Positions 10,112 through 20,999 of a stretch of 64,000 nucleotides of DNA are shown piece after piece. Position 1 is the first letter of the stretch. Each line of letters opens with the position of its first letter. The position numbers and the translations under genes were made by a program. The notes beneath the pieces were generated by a model that worked only from the letters and a program-made list of their open reading frames with translations, was not told the DNA's origin and searched no databases. Origin of the DNA: Arcobacteraceae bacterium. GTDB taxonomy: Bacteria > Campylobacterota > Campylobacteria > Campylobacterales > Arcobacteraceae. The stretch covers positions 42,186-106,185 of the forward strand of contig JBLWVX010000005.1 in NCBI GenBank assembly GCA_048268245.1, written 5' to 3'.

Positions 10112-10906
10112 GTGAAAAAAACTCTTTTTTTACTAATTCTTCCTTTATTGGCATTTAGTAAGTTTCAAATAACTGTCTATATGCCAATAGAAGAGTTTTT
10201 TATAAAGAAAATAGCTCAAAACTATGTTCGAGCTAAGAAGATAACTTTATACTACACTGACCAAGAAATTGATTTAAAATACTCTGATCTTTCTAGACTA
10301 GCTAATACTAGAGCTTATTTTCATTTTGGATTAAATATTGAAAAATCTTATATTAAAAAATTGAAAGAAATAAATCCTCAACTAAAAATATATGACTTAT
10401 CTGTAGGAATAAATAAATTAAAACTAAAAGATGGAACAGTAAATCCATATATTTGGACTGATCCTTTGATATTAAGAGATGTTGCTACTAATATTTATGA
10501 GTATTTAATTGAACTTGATTCAATAAATCAAGAGCACTACAAAAGAAATTATGAATTACTACTTGCCAAACTTGATAAACTTTTTTTAGATATAAGAAAC
10601 AACTTATATGAAAGTGAAATATACAATATATATGTATTTGATGATTACTGGGATTATTTTGCAAATAGATTTACTCTTAATTTATATAAAAGAGAAAAAA
10701 AGATTATAAAAGCAAATGAATTAGAGGATATTAAAAAGTTTGCAAATCTAAATGAAATAAAAGCAATTTTAATAAAAGATAAAAATGATATTAATTATGC
10801 TAAGTCTCTTGCTGATGAAATGAATATCATTATAAAAGAACATGATATATTCGAAGAATTATTCTTTTTTAACCTAGAAACACTATCTAAAAAATTATCA
10901 AAATAG
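10112..10906 (+). CDS. ZnuA/TroA-like solute-binding protein, degenerate metal site
   Basis: Signal peptide; NPYIWTDP and YKRNYELLLAKL match the cluster A-I SBP pattern DPHxWxDP...Y..N...L..L; no ABC partners adjacent. Confidence 0.7.
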   Translation: MKKTLFLLILPLLAFSKFQITVYMPIEEFFIKKIAQNYVRAKKITLYYTDQEIDLKYSDLSRLANTRAYFHFGLNIEKSYIKKLKEINPQLKIYDLSVGINKLKLKDGTVNPYIWTDPLILRDVATNIYEYLIELDSINQEHYKRNYELLLAKLDKLFLDIRNNLYESEIYNIYVFDDYWDYFANRFTLNLYKREKKIIKANELEDIKKFANLNEIKAILIKDKNDINYAKSLADEMNIIIKEHDIFEELFFFNLETLSKKLSK

Positions 10907-11006
10907 TTATTATAAATTATACAAGAGTATAAAAACTATACACTCTAATAAAAATTATTTCTTCTTTGTAATGTATAATTTATACATACAAATTGGGAGA
11001 ATTTAT

Positions 11007-13586
11007 ATGTCAAAAAAGTTTATTAATTACAAAGGTATAAATGTAAAAAAAGAATTATATCCTATTATTAAGCATATTGAAGATGTTGACAAATATAGAG
11101 AAGAGTTGGGAAGACTTAGCTCTTCTTGGGATATTTTTGCTCTTTTAGGTCAATTAGGAGATATTAATATTGACATTGGAAAAACAAAAGAGAATTTTTT
11201 AAACCTAACATCTACTTTATTAAATCACTTAAGTGAAGAAACTATTAAAAAAGCTACTGCTGAGATGAAATTTAAATCACAAGTTGCTATTGATGTTGTT
11301 ATTAGAAATCTATTTGAAAGAACTGCAGATATTGGATTTTTAGCTACAGATGATGATATTAGAAACTTCATACAAACATATGTTTCAGATTATAATGAAG
11401 AGAGTTTAGAACTAAAAAAACAAATCCAAAAAAGATTTAAAGAGTATGTTGCTAAGTACTCTGTATATTTTGATATTGTACTTGTAAATCCAAATGGAAA
11501 AGTAATTGCAAGATTAGATGAAACAAATAAAATCGATAAAATAGATAATAGTTTTATCCAAGAAGTATTAAATACAAGTGATGAATATGTGGAAACTTAT
11601 AAGCATCATGATTTTATCCCCCAATATAAAAAGACATTAGTATACTCATATAAAGTTACAAAAACAAATAATCCAAATAGTGAAAATCTTGGGGTTTTAT
11701 GTTTATGTTTTAGGTTTACAGATGAAATGAAAGGTATTTTTAAAAACCTAATTGATACAAGAAATAAAGAGGCTTTAAGTATCCTAGATGAAGATGGGAG
11801 AGTAATAGCTTCAAGTGATAGATCATATATTCCTTTAGGAGCTAAATTACCTATTGTTTTAAATGAAGACTATAAAGTTGTAACGTTCTCAGGAAGAGAC
11901 TATATAGCTAAAACTTGTAAAACAAATGGTTACCAAGGCTTTAAAGGTCTTAAATGGTATGGACATATAATGATACCTATTGAGTACGCTTTTTTAAGTG
12001 ATGATTTAAACCCTATTGATACGGATGATAATATTATTGAAGCTATGATGGATAATGAAGAACATTTTTCAAAAGAGCTTAAAGATGTATTTAATAAAAG
12101 TAGAACAATTCAAGATAATTTAAGTCGTGTAATTTGGAATGGTAATATTGCTCAAAGTAAATTAAATTCATCAAATAGAGGTTTTTCAAAGTCACTACTG
12201 AATGAAATTGGTATTACTGGAATTAAAGCAAACTCTTCTTTAGAGAATTTAAATCAAACTATTATCACATCAATTTTAAAAGATAGTGAATTTTTATCTT
12301 TTTTAGCTATTGATATTATGGATAGAAACCTTTATGAAAGAGCAAATGACTGTAGATGGTGGGCTTTAACTTCTTATTTTAGAGAAGCTTTAGATGATAT
12401 GAACTCAATTGCTCACAAAAAAGATGAGATTACATCTATTTTAAAATATATAAATGACTTATATACAGTTTATACAAATTTACTTATTTTTGATAAAGAT
12501 GGAAAAGTAATAGCTGTGTCAAATGATAAAGATGAGTATTTAGTAGGAAAGGTATTATCTCAAGAGTGGGTTGGAAAAACTTTAACTTTAGGTGATACTT
12601 CAAAATATACAGTATCAAAGTTTGAAAAAACAAATCTTTATAACAATGAACCAACATATGTTTATTGTTCTGCAATTAGGTCTTTTAAAAATGAAAAACA
12701 AATAAATGGTGGTATTGCAATTGTTTTTGATTCGACACCTCAGTTTCATGCAATGCTTGAAGAAACACTTCCTTCAAATAAAAGTGGAGTTTTTGCTGTA
12801 TTTACCAATAGGTCAAAGAAGATAATCTCTTCTACAAATAGTAATTTGGAAGTTGATGGTTTCTTAGATATTGATGATAAATTCTTTTCAATAGAGAATG
12901 GTCATAAATATAGTGAAATTATTGAATATAATGGTTGCTATTATGCTATTGGTGCACGATGTTCTATGGGATATAGAGAATATAAAAGTAGAGTTGATGA
13001 TTATAAGAATGATGTTTTATGTTTAGTATTTATTAAAATTGGTGATATTGAAAATAGTAATAAAATACTATCTAATAAAAACAATACATTTACAGATCAA
13101 AATGAAACGAAAAAGTTTACAAAAGATAGTACTGAACTTGCAACATTCAATATTGGAAACAAGTTTTTAGCAGTTGAAGCTCAAAATGTATTAGAATCAA
13201 TTTCTATTGATGAGTTAGAAGAGTCTATTGATATTGATAAAAACAATCCCTTTAAAGGTATGGTTTTATACAAAGATAGGTTGATTTCTGTTTTAGATAT
13301 TAGAGACTTTATAAATGTTGAAGTTGAAGATGATGAGCTTAATAATATCATTTTATTTGAGTATGACAAAGATAATATAGAACATTGTATTGGAATAATG
13401 GTTTCTACTTTACAAAGTATTAGTGTTGTTCAAAGAAGTTCAATTCAACATATAGAAAACCACTTTTTAGGTTCAGGTACATTAGTTCAAAGTTTAGTTG
13501 ATATTACAGACAATAATGAGTCAAAAGTAGCAATGATTTTAGATATTAAGAAAATCGATGATAACCTGACACAAAGGGTAGGGTAG
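11007..13586 (+). CDS. Cytoplasmic double Cache-like sensor with C-terminal CheW domain
   Basis: Two related modules (AIDVVIRNLFERTADIGFLA and AIDIMDRNLYERANDCRWWA), C-terminal ATFNIG..FLAVE..NVLESI...GMVLYKDRLISVLDI typical of CheW; no TM helix seen; start set at ATG 11007 after GGGAG. Confidence 0.75.
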   Translation: MSKKFINYKGINVKKELYPIIKHIEDVDKYREELGRLSSSWDIFALLGQLGDINIDIGKTKENFLNLTSTLLNHLSEETIKKATAEMKFKSQVAIDVVIRNLFERTADIGFLATDDDIRNFIQTYVSDYNEESLELKKQIQKRFKEYVAKYSVYFDIVLVNPNGKVIARLDETNKIDKIDNSFIQEVLNTSDEYVETYKHHDFIPQYKKTLVYSYKVTKTNNPNSENLGVLCLCFRFTDEMKGIFKNLIDTRNKEALSILDEDGRVIASSDRSYIPLGAKLPIVLNEDYKVVTFSGRDYIAKTCKTNGYQGFKGLKWYGHIMIPIEYAFLSDDLNPIDTDDNIIEAMMDNEEHFSKELKDVFNKSRTIQDNLSRVIWNGNIAQSKLNSSNRGFSKSLLNEIGITGIKANSSLENLNQTIITSILKDSEFLSFLAIDIMDRNLYERANDCRWWALTSYFREALDDMNSIAHKKDEITSILKYINDLYTVYTNLLIFDKDGKVIAVSNDKDEYLVGKVLSQEWVGKTLTLGDTSKYTVSKFEKTNLYNNEPTYVYCSAIRSFKNEKQINGGIAIVFDSTPQFHAMLEETLPSNKSGVFAVFTNRSKKIISSTNSNLEVDGFLDIDDKFFSIENGHKYSEIIEYNGCYYAIGARCSMGYREYKSRVDDYKNDVLCLVFIKIGDIENSNKILSNKNNTFTDQNETKKFTKDSTELATFNIGNKFLAVEAQNVLESISIDELEESIDIDKNNPFKGMVLYKDRLISVLDIRDFINVEVEDDELNNIILFEYDKDNIEHCIGIMVSTLQSISVVQRSSIQHIENHFLGSGTLVQSLVDITDNNESKVAMILDIKKIDDNLTQRVG

Positions 13587-13665
13587 AAGCTTTATAGTAT
13601 ATGTTAAAACATATTGTGGCACAATACGAAAAATATAAATACAAATAAATTTAAAAGAATATATA

Positions 13666-15447
13666 ATGAGCCATAATAAAAAACCAAATAAATTTTTACC
13701 AACAACTAAAGAGGAAATGAAACAAAGAGGTTGGGATGAACTAGACGTTGTCCTAATAACAGGAGATGCCTATATAGACTCTCCTTTCATGGGAATTGCA
13801 GTTGTTGGAAGAATATTAGAAGATATAGGATTAAGAGTTGGAATAATAGGGCAACCTGATGTTGATTCTGATGTTGATATCAAAAGATTAGGTGAACCAA
13901 AACTTTTTTGGGGTGTAAGTGGTGGAAGTATTGACTCTATGGTGTCAAACTATACTGCTACAAAGAAGTTTAGAAATTCAGATGATTACACTCCTGGTGG
14001 AAAAAACGATAAAAGACCAGATAGAGCTACTTTAGTATATACAAATCTAATTAGAAGACATTTTAAAAATACAGTTCCTGTTGTTCTTGGAGGAATTGAG
14101 GCAAGTCTTAGAAGATTAACTCACTATGATTACTGGACAAATAAGCTTAGAAAGCCAATACTTTTTGATTCAAAAGCTGACTATATGATTTATGGTATGG
14201 GTGAACAAGCTATTATTGATTTAGGAAATACTTTAAGACAGGGTGGAGATCCAAGAAATATTAGAGGACTTTGCTATATTTCAAAAGAAGCACCTACTGA
14301 TGAAAACTTCAAAGAAATACCATCACATCAAGAGTGTTTAGATGATAAAGAAAAATACATAGACCTTTTTAGAGATTTTTATGATAATAATGACCCAATA
14401 TACTCAAAAGGGCTTTATCAAAAAGTTGATAATCGATATCTAATCCAAAATCCACCAAGTGACCATATGGATGAAGATGAAATGGATAAAATAGCATCTT
14501 TTCCATATCAAAGAGATGCCCATCCCTATCATAAAAAAGATGGAAAAGTTAAGTGTTTAGAGACTATCAAGTTTTCAATTATGACTCACCATGGATGTTG
14601 GGGAGAGTGTAACTTCTGTGCTATTGCTGCTCACCAAGGTAGAACTATTAGAACAAGAAGTGAAAAAAACATCTTAGAAGAAGCAAAATCTTTTACTAAA
14701 ATGAAAGACTTTAAAGGAATTATCTCTGATGTTGGTGGTCCAACTGCTAATATGTACGGTTATGAGTGTAAAAAGAAAATGAAACTTGGAACTTGTGTGG
14801 ATAATAAAAGATGTGTAGATGCAACAAGACTTTGTAGAACAATGAAAGTTGACCATAGTAGAAACATACAACTTTTAAAAGATATTAGAGAAATTCCAGG
14901 AATTAAAAAAGCCTTTGTAGCTTCTGGTGTTAGATATGATTTAATTACTGCTGATAAAAAACATGGGTATGAGTATTTAAAAGAGATGGTTGACCATCAT
15001 ATTTCAGGTCAAATGAAAGTTGCACCTGAACATACTAGTGATGAAGTGCTTCATCATATGGGAAAACCTGGAAAACAAACACTTATTGATTTTAAAAAGA
15101 TGTATGATAGATTAAATAAAGAATCAGGTAAAAAACAGTTCCTAACATACTATTTAATTGCAGCTCATCCTGGGTGTGAAGAGAAGCATATGAAAGAGCT
15201 TAAGGATTTCACTACAAATGAACTTAAGATGAATCCAGAACAAGCACAAGTATTTACCCCAACACCAGGTACTTATTCTGCTGTAATGTATTATACAGGT
15301 CTTGATCCATTTACAAAGAAAAAAATCTTCGTAGAAAAAGATCCAAGAAGAAAAGAGAAGCAAAAAGAGATTGTTATTAAAAAACATAAATTTAACCACT
15401 ATGGTGGAACAAAGAAAAGAGAATTCGGTGCAGGAATGCAAGGGTAA
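13666..15447 (+). CDS. ygiQ: YgiQ family radical SAM protein
   Basis: GWDELDVVLITGDAYIDSP, GCWGECNFC (CxxxCxxC), DVGGPTANMY, QVFTPTP. Confidence 0.92.
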   Translation: MSHNKKPNKFLPTTKEEMKQRGWDELDVVLITGDAYIDSPFMGIAVVGRILEDIGLRVGIIGQPDVDSDVDIKRLGEPKLFWGVSGGSIDSMVSNYTATKKFRNSDDYTPGGKNDKRPDRATLVYTNLIRRHFKNTVPVVLGGIEASLRRLTHYDYWTNKLRKPILFDSKADYMIYGMGEQAIIDLGNTLRQGGDPRNIRGLCYISKEAPTDENFKEIPSHQECLDDKEKYIDLFRDFYDNNDPIYSKGLYQKVDNRYLIQNPPSDHMDEDEMDKIASFPYQRDAHPYHKKDGKVKCLETIKFSIMTHHGCWGECNFCAIAAHQGRTIRTRSEKNILEEAKSFTKMKDFKGIISDVGGPTANMYGYECKKKMKLGTCVDNKRCVDATRLCRTMKVDHSRNIQLLKDIREIPGIKKAFVASGVRYDLITADKKHGYEYLKEMVDHHISGQMKVAPEHTSDEVLHHMGKPGKQTLIDFKKMYDRLNKESGKKQFLTYYLIAAHPGCEEKHMKELKDFTTNELKMNPEQAQVFTPTPGTYSAVMYYTGLDPFTKKKIFVEKDPRRKEKQKEIVIKKHKFNHYGGTKKREFGAGMQG

Positions 15448-15453
15448 CTCTTT

Positions 15454-15485
15454 TTAAATCAAGGTATTCTTTACCTTTGATTTAA
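15454..15485. terminator. Hairpin after ygiQ, probable terminator
   Basis: TTAAATCAAGGTA-TTCTT-TACCTTTGATTTAA with one bulge. Confidence 0.5.
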
Positions 15486-15545
15486 TAACATTTTCGATAA
15501 AATCTCATTATTAAAAACTTAAATATACTCAAGGAAAATCTATAT

Positions 15546-16130
15546 ATGAAAAAACTATTTTTAATCATTGGAGCTCCAGGTTCTGGAAAAACTACTGATG
15601 CTGAACTAATCGCACAAAAACATGAAGATATTACACACTATTCTGCTGGTGGTATGTTTAGAGCTGAGGTTGCAAGTGGTAGTGACAGAGGACAATTAAT
15701 AGACTCTTTTATTTCAAAAGGTCTTATTGTTCCTATTGATATTGCAATTGAAACTATAGTAGATGCTATTAAAAATGCTCCAACAAAAGTAGTAATAATT
15801 GATGGTTATCCAAGATCAAATGAGCAAATGACTGAACTTGATAAATACTTAGAGAATGAAAAAGAAGTTGAATTATCAAGTGTTATTGAAGTTGAAGTAT
15901 CAAAAGATACTGCTTTTAAAAGAGTTTTAGGAAGAGCTGCAGTTGATGAGGTTGTAAGAGCTGATGATAATGAAGAAGTATTTTTAAATAGAATGAGAGT
16001 TTATACTGAGCCATTAAAAGAGATTCAAGAGTTTTATCAAGAGAAAAACTTACATAAGGTAATTTCAGGTGAAGGAACTATTGAGCAGATTGTAAGTGAA
16101 ATGAATGAGTTTATTGAATCTAAAATCTAA
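15546..16130 (+). CDS. adk: Adenylate kinase (short, lid-less type)
   Basis: [10 protein letters not shown]-loop, IDGYPR, RADDNEE. Confidence 0.9.
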   Translation: MKKLFLIIGAPGSGKTTDAELIAQKHEDITHYSAGGMFRAEVASGSDRGQLIDSFISKGLIVPIDIAIETIVDAIKNAPTKVVIIDGYPRSNEQMTELDKYLENEKEVELSSVIEVEVSKDTAFKRVLGRAAVDEVVRADDNEEVFLNRMRVYTEPLKEIQEFYQEKNLHKVISGEGTIEQIVSEMNEFIESKI

Positions 16131-16885
16131 TGGTAAAAAAAGTTAATTTCTACTCAGTTATTATTGGAACTGAGCTATTAAATGGGCGACGAAAAGATGC
16201 CCATTTTTCCTTTTTGAATGAACAACTATTAAGAAGAGGTTGGGAACATAAAGCCTCTTTTGTAATAGAAGATGACACAGAGCTAATGCTAAATATCTTT
16301 AATCTTATAAAAGCTGATAAAAACTCTGTTATGTTTTGTTTTGGTGGTATTGGTTCAACTCCGGATGATTATACAAGACAAACAGCTGCAAAAGCTTTTA
16401 CTGATTCAAAGATGGAATTTCATAAAGAGTCAAAAAGAAAAATAGAGAATAGATTTAAAGAAGAAGCATATCCTCATAGAATAAATATGGCATATCTTCC
16501 TATAAATGCAAAATTACTTCAAAATGTAGTAAATGACATACCAGGGTTTTATTTAGAAGATAGATTCTTCTTTACACCAGGATTTCCTTCAATGAGTCAA
16601 AGTATGGTAATAGAAGCATTAGATAAGTTGTATCCTAAAAGTACTGCTAAATATAAAAGAGTTTTAACTGCATCTTGCGGTGAAAATGATTTAATTGATA
16701 TTATGAAAAAAATGCCAAGTCATTTAGATTTTGCATCATTACCTAAAATAATAGATGAAAAAAGAAAAGTAGTAATTTTTCTTGCAGGATATGAAAGTGC
16801 TGAGGTTGATGAAAACTTTCAACTTTTTATAGATTATTTAGAAGAAAATGAAGTAGAGTATGTTTTAAAAGATATAAGTTTTTAA
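16130..16885 (+). CDS. CinA-like / molybdopterin-binding domain protein
   Basis: VIIGTELLNGRRKD, GGIGSTPDDYT, PGFP. Confidence 0.85.
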   Translation: MVKKVNFYSVIIGTELLNGRRKDAHFSFLNEQLLRRGWEHKASFVIEDDTELMLNIFNLIKADKNSVMFCFGGIGSTPDDYTRQTAAKAFTDSKMEFHKESKRKIENRFKEEAYPHRINMAYLPINAKLLQNVVNDIPGFYLEDRFFFTPGFPSMSQSMVIEALDKLYPKSTAKYKRVLTASCGENDLIDIMKKMPSHLDFASLPKIIDEKRKVVIFLAGYESAEVDENFQLFIDYLEENEVEYVLKDISF

Positions 16886-16893
16886 ATAGTTAT

Positions 16894-17460
16894 CTACTCT
16901 ACGGGTTTATTATAATCTCCAATTTGCCAACCTTTGTCTTTTGGGTATTTAGCTAAATTATAATCCCTCCAAACTTTTTTACATAGTTTATCACCTTTTT
17001 CATACTGCTTTTTAGCAAAGACATGGGCTCTTCCAAAGTTTGGAAAGGCACCTTTCCCACTTGCATACATATAAGAAATATAGCAATTTGCTTTATACTC
17101 TTTTTGTTTTGAGGCTTCTTTGAAATAGTATAAAGCTTTATCATAGTCTTTAGGTGTTGTTATTCCTTGTAAAAAAAGCCTACCTGCAATTAGTTGTGAT
17201 TTTGCATGACCTTTATTTGCTGCGTATACAAAGCTATTGTATGCTTTTATCTTATCATAGTATTTAGTTTTTTTAGATAGATATATTTTCCCTAAAGTAT
17301 AATAGGCATCTAAGTTTTTGTTCTCTTTTGAAAGTAAAAGTAAAGTATATGCTTTATCAATATCTTTATTTTTTATGTATTTTAAGGCTTCATCATAGTA
17401 GTTTGTTGTTGCAAATAGTAAGTTTGATAAAATACTCAAGGCAACAACAGTTTTTTTCAT
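16894..17460 (-). CDS. Secreted Sel1-repeat (tetratricopeptide-like) protein
   Basis: Signal peptide; [42 protein letters not shown]. Confidence 0.85.
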   Translation of the reverse strand: MKKTVVALSILSNLLFATTNYYDEALKYIKNKDIDKAYTLLLLSKENKNLDAYYTLGKIYLSKKTKYYDKIKAYNSFVYAANKGHAKSQLIAGRLFLQGITTPKDYDKALYYFKEASKQKEYKANCYISYMYASGKGAFPNFGRAHVFAKKQYEKGDKLCKKVWRDYNLAKYPKDKGWQIGDYNKPVE

Positions 17461-18479
17461 ACTATTTGCCTTGGTATTTGTGTGTTAAGTGTTGTTATGA
17501 TTTCATAAGTAATAGTATCATGAATCTTTGCTAAATCCTTTGCATCATCAAAAATACATACTTCTTTTTCATCACAGTTTAATGATAAGTTATCCATAGA
17601 TACTCTTCCTAAAATTCTATAACCTTTAGGTGTAAAGTATTCAGTTCTTTCATTTATTCTTAAAAATCCATCGCCATAACCTAAGTCATATGTTGAAGCT
17701 ATCATGTCTTCTTTTGCTTTATATGTTCCACCATATCCAATAGTTTGACCTTTAGTTATTTTTCTAGTAGCAATTTTTTTAGCCCAAAGTGATAAAACAG
17801 GTTTTAAAGCTGGTACCTTTAAAGGTTTTTTATTTTCAATATAACCATAAGTGGCTATTCCAACTCTAGCAAAATCTTCATCAAAGTGGTTATGTCTAAA
17901 TAAAGCAGAAGAGTTACAAGAATGGAACTTTGGAAGTGGTAGTGAAAGTTTTTCACATAAATTCACAACTATTCTTTTAACCTCCTTAAAATTCTCATTT
18001 TGCCAATAAAACTCTGTTGATAATTCATCTGCACTTCTATGATGAGTAAATACTCCAGTAATGTTTACATTTTTCTTACATAAGCCTTCAATACATTCTT
18101 CTAGTTCATTTATTGAAATTCCATTTCTATGCATTCCCGTATCAACTTTTATATGAACATTAGCATTTTCTGGCAAATTGCTAATATTTTCTATGGAGTT
18201 TAAGGCTATGTGAAAAGTCTGTGAATAAGTAGGAAAATTTGTTTCAGCTAGGATTAATATATAGTCAAATAATTTTTCTATTTTAATAGCTTCTTCATAG
18301 GTTCTAACCACTGCTTTTTTTATACCAAATTCACTTGCCATAGTGGCTATCTCAACTAATCCATGACCATAAGCATTGTCTTTTAGTACAACGGCTACTT
18401 TTTCTTTACTTCCTGCATACTTTTTGATTATTTCTAGGTTATGAAATAAGTTTTCTTTACTTAATAGGATTTTTGCCAA
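17457..18479 (-). CDS. alr: Alanine racemase
   Basis: [12 protein letters not shown] (PLP lysine), [23 protein letters not shown]. Confidence 0.96.
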   Translation of the reverse strand: MAKILLSKENLFHNLEIIKKYAGSKEKVAVVLKDNAYGHGLVEIATMASEFGIKKAVVRTYEEAIKIEKLFDYILILAETNFPTYSQTFHIALNSIENISNLPENANVHIKVDTGMHRNGISINELEECIEGLCKKNVNITGVFTHHRSADELSTEFYWQNENFKEVKRIVVNLCEKLSLPLPKFHSCNSSALFRHNHFDEDFARVGIATYGYIENKKPLKVPALKPVLSLWAKKIATRKITKGQTIGYGGTYKAKEDMIASTYDLGYGDGFLRINERTEYFTPKGYRILGRVSMDNLSLNCDEKEVCIFDDAKDLAKIHDTITYEIITTLNTQIPRQIV

Positions 18480-18483
18480 ACTA

Positions 18484-20334
18484 TTATTCCCCGTTTTCTT
18501 TAAAATAATTATATATTAGGTTTGCATCTTTTTCATTTATAACTTCTTTTAATTCTTCAACTGATGCATTTTTAATTTTTTCAAACTCTCCAAAGTATAA
18601 AAGAAGTTTTTTAACTTTTGCTTCACCAATACCTTTTATTTGAAGTAATGAAATCTGTTTATCTTCTTTTCTTTTTTGTTTTTTGTGAAAGTTGATTACA
18701 AATCTATGGGCTTCATCCCTTTGTCTTTGAACAAATTGAAGTCTTTGGTCACTTGTTTTTAGTTTTATATTTCTAATAGATCCATCTTTATGTTTATAAT
18801 GAACTATATCTTTAGCTGCACCTTTAGCTCTATGGGCTTTTGCATCTACTTTTTCTTTTGCAATAGCTATAATGTCAAGGTTTACACCAACAGATTGAAC
18901 TATATCAAAAGCAAGTTTAAGTAGAGTCTCACCTCCATCAATAACCCATAAATCAGGAGCAGGGTTTTTCTCAAAACTATCAACTCTTCTCATTAGCATT
19001 TCTCTCATTTGAGAGTATTCATCTTTTGATTCTAAGTTATAGTGTCTAAAAGCTTTTCTATCAAAAGAGTTTAACTCTTCATTCCAAACAACCATAGCTC
19101 CAACTGTTGCTTGACCCATCATATGTGAATTATCAAAAGACTCAACTCTATAAGGTAATAAAGATAGGTTAAATAGGTTTTTCAATTCATCATAAATCGT
19201 AGTTTGATTTCTACTTGAAACAATTCTAAGAAGCTCATCACAGTTGCTTAAGGCGATTTCTAAAAGAGTTTTTTTCTTTCCTCTTTGAGGTGTAATTATG
19301 CTTATGTTTCTTTCAAATCTGTTTTTTAAGAACCCTTCTAGCTCTTCTTTATCTTCAACTTCTTGAGCTGTTAATACTTCTTTTGGTAAAAGTGGTATTT
19401 CATTGTCATAGTAGTTAATAATAGCTCTTTTATAGGCTTCATTTAAATCTATGTTTGTATTGTTTTCTAAGAAGTCAAGTTTTACAAAATCGTGGGAAGA
19501 AGAAGTTAGTTTACCATCTCTTATAAACATTCTTACAATCACAGCTTTTTTAGTTCCTGCTTTTATAGCAAATAAGTCTAAATCTTCATTTGTAGCTAAA
19601 TCCATACCTGATTTGATTTGAGATTTTTCTATTGTTTTTATTCTATCTCGAAGTTTCATTGCTTCTTCAAACCTAAACTCTTCTGAGTATTGCATCATTT
19701 TTTCTTCTAGCTTTGAAATTAGCTTTGTTTTATTGTATATAAAATTAAGTGCTTCTTCCACTATTTTTCCATAATCAGCAGTTGAAATTTTACCTTCACA
19801 AGGAGCATGACACTTTTTGATTTGATGGAAAAGACAAGCTTCTTTTCCTTTTACACATGATTTTTTTTGTACAAGAGGAACTATCTCATAAATAGAATCA
19901 AGCATATCTTTTGCCCCTATTGAGTAAGGTCCAAAATATTTAATATTTTTGCCTTTATATACTTTTCTTGTTATTTCAAGTCTAGGAAAAAGCTCATTAT
20001 AATCAACCATAATATAAGGATATGTTTTGTCATCTCTAAGAAGAATATTGTATTTAGGTTTTAACTGTTTTATTAAAGAGTTTTCCAAAATCAAAGCATC
20101 ATGCTCATTTGGAACAACTATCCATTCTAAAGATACAACTTCTGTAATCATTTTATAAATTCTAGGACCTAGTTTATCAGATGGAAGAAGTTTTGGAGTA
20201 AATTTGAAGTATGATCGAACTCTATTTTTAAGTACTTTTGCTTTTCCTATATAAAGTAAATGACCATCTTTATCAAAGTATTGATATACCCCAGCATCAT
20301 TTGGTAGTTGTTTAAGTTTCTCTTCTAATTGCAT
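18484..20334 (-). CDS. uvrC: Excinuclease ABC subunit C
   Basis: GIY-YIG N-terminus ([22 protein letters not shown]), [28 protein letters not shown]-terminal HhH. Confidence 0.98.
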   Translation of the reverse strand: MQLEEKLKQLPNDAGVYQYFDKDGHLLYIGKAKVLKNRVRSYFKFTPKLLPSDKLGPRIYKMITEVVSLEWIVVPNEHDALILENSLIKQLKPKYNILLRDDKTYPYIMVDYNELFPRLEITRKVYKGKNIKYFGPYSIGAKDMLDSIYEIVPLVQKKSCVKGKEACLFHQIKKCHAPCEGKISTADYGKIVEEALNFIYNKTKLISKLEEKMMQYSEEFRFEEAMKLRDRIKTIEKSQIKSGMDLATNEDLDLFAIKAGTKKAVIVRMFIRDGKLTSSSHDFVKLDFLENNTNIDLNEAYKRAIINYYDNEIPLLPKEVLTAQEVEDKEELEGFLKNRFERNISIITPQRGKKKTLLEIALSNCDELLRIVSSRNQTTIYDELKNLFNLSLLPYRVESFDNSHMMGQATVGAMVVWNEELNSFDRKAFRHYNLESKDEYSQMREMLMRRVDSFEKNPAPDLWVIDGGETLLKLAFDIVQSVGVNLDIIAIAKEKVDAKAHRAKGAAKDIVHYKHKDGSIRNIKLKTSDQRLQFVQRQRDEAHRFVINFHKKQKRKEDKQISLLQIKGIGEAKVKKLLLYFGEFEKIKNASVEELKEVINEKDANLIYNYFKENGE

Positions 20335-20411
20335 TTTGAAATAATATCCAAAAAATGCTTTACAAGAATTATAAGTTTGGTTAAATTTTGTTTAAATAAA
20401 CCTTTAGCTAA

Positions 20412-20957
20412 TTATTTAGCTAAAAGTCCATTTTTTACACTTTGGTAGGTTTCATTTCCACAAAGAGTTTTTACTAATTGTAGAGCAAAAGTTGTAGCAG
20501 TTCCTGGTCCTCTTGAAGTTATAACTTTACCATCTTCTACAACATCTTGCGTTGAACTATATCCTTTATCTCTTATTTTTTGCTCAAAAGAGGGATAACA
20601 AGTATAATTTGTGTTTAAAACATTAGCTTTATGAAGTGCATAGGGTGCTGCACAGATTGCTGCTATATATTTATCACTATTTTTCATAGTTTTTAAAAGT
20701 TCTTGTACTTTTTCATTTTCAGCAAGTGTAAAAGCATTTGGTAGTCCACCAGGAAGTACAATCATATCAAACTCATCAGAGTTAATATCTTCAATCATAC
20801 AATCAGCTATAATTTTTATACTGTTTGCTCCTTGTGTCTGTAAAGATTCAACACCAGCTACGCATACTTCAATACCAGCTCTTCTACATATATCGATAAT
20901 TGATACAGCTTCAATCTCTTCAAATCCATTTGAAATAGGTACTATGATTTTTGCCAT
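20412..20957 (-). CDS. DJ-1/PfpI (YajL/ThiJ) family protein
   Basis: GFEEIEA, VLPGG, AAICAAP nucleophile elbow, ITSRGPGT. Confidence 0.92.
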   Translation of the reverse strand: MAKIIVPISNGFEEIEAVSIIDICRRAGIEVCVAGVESLQTQGANSIKIIADCMIEDINSDEFDMIVLPGGLPNAFTLAENEKVQELLKTMKNSDKYIAAICAAPYALHKANVLNTNYTCYPSFEQKIRDKGYSSTQDVVEDGKVITSRGPGTATTFALQLVKTLCGNETYQSVKNGLLAK

Positions 20958-20999
20958 TATATCTCCTAAGTTTAGTTTATTTATTATATAAAATTATAA

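Noticed and set aside
13599..13626. Two overlapping short palindromes upstream of ygiQ (ATATGTT-AA-AACATAT and TATTGTG-G-CACAATA)
   Set aside because: 7-bp arms are plausible by chance in this base composition and match no motif I can name
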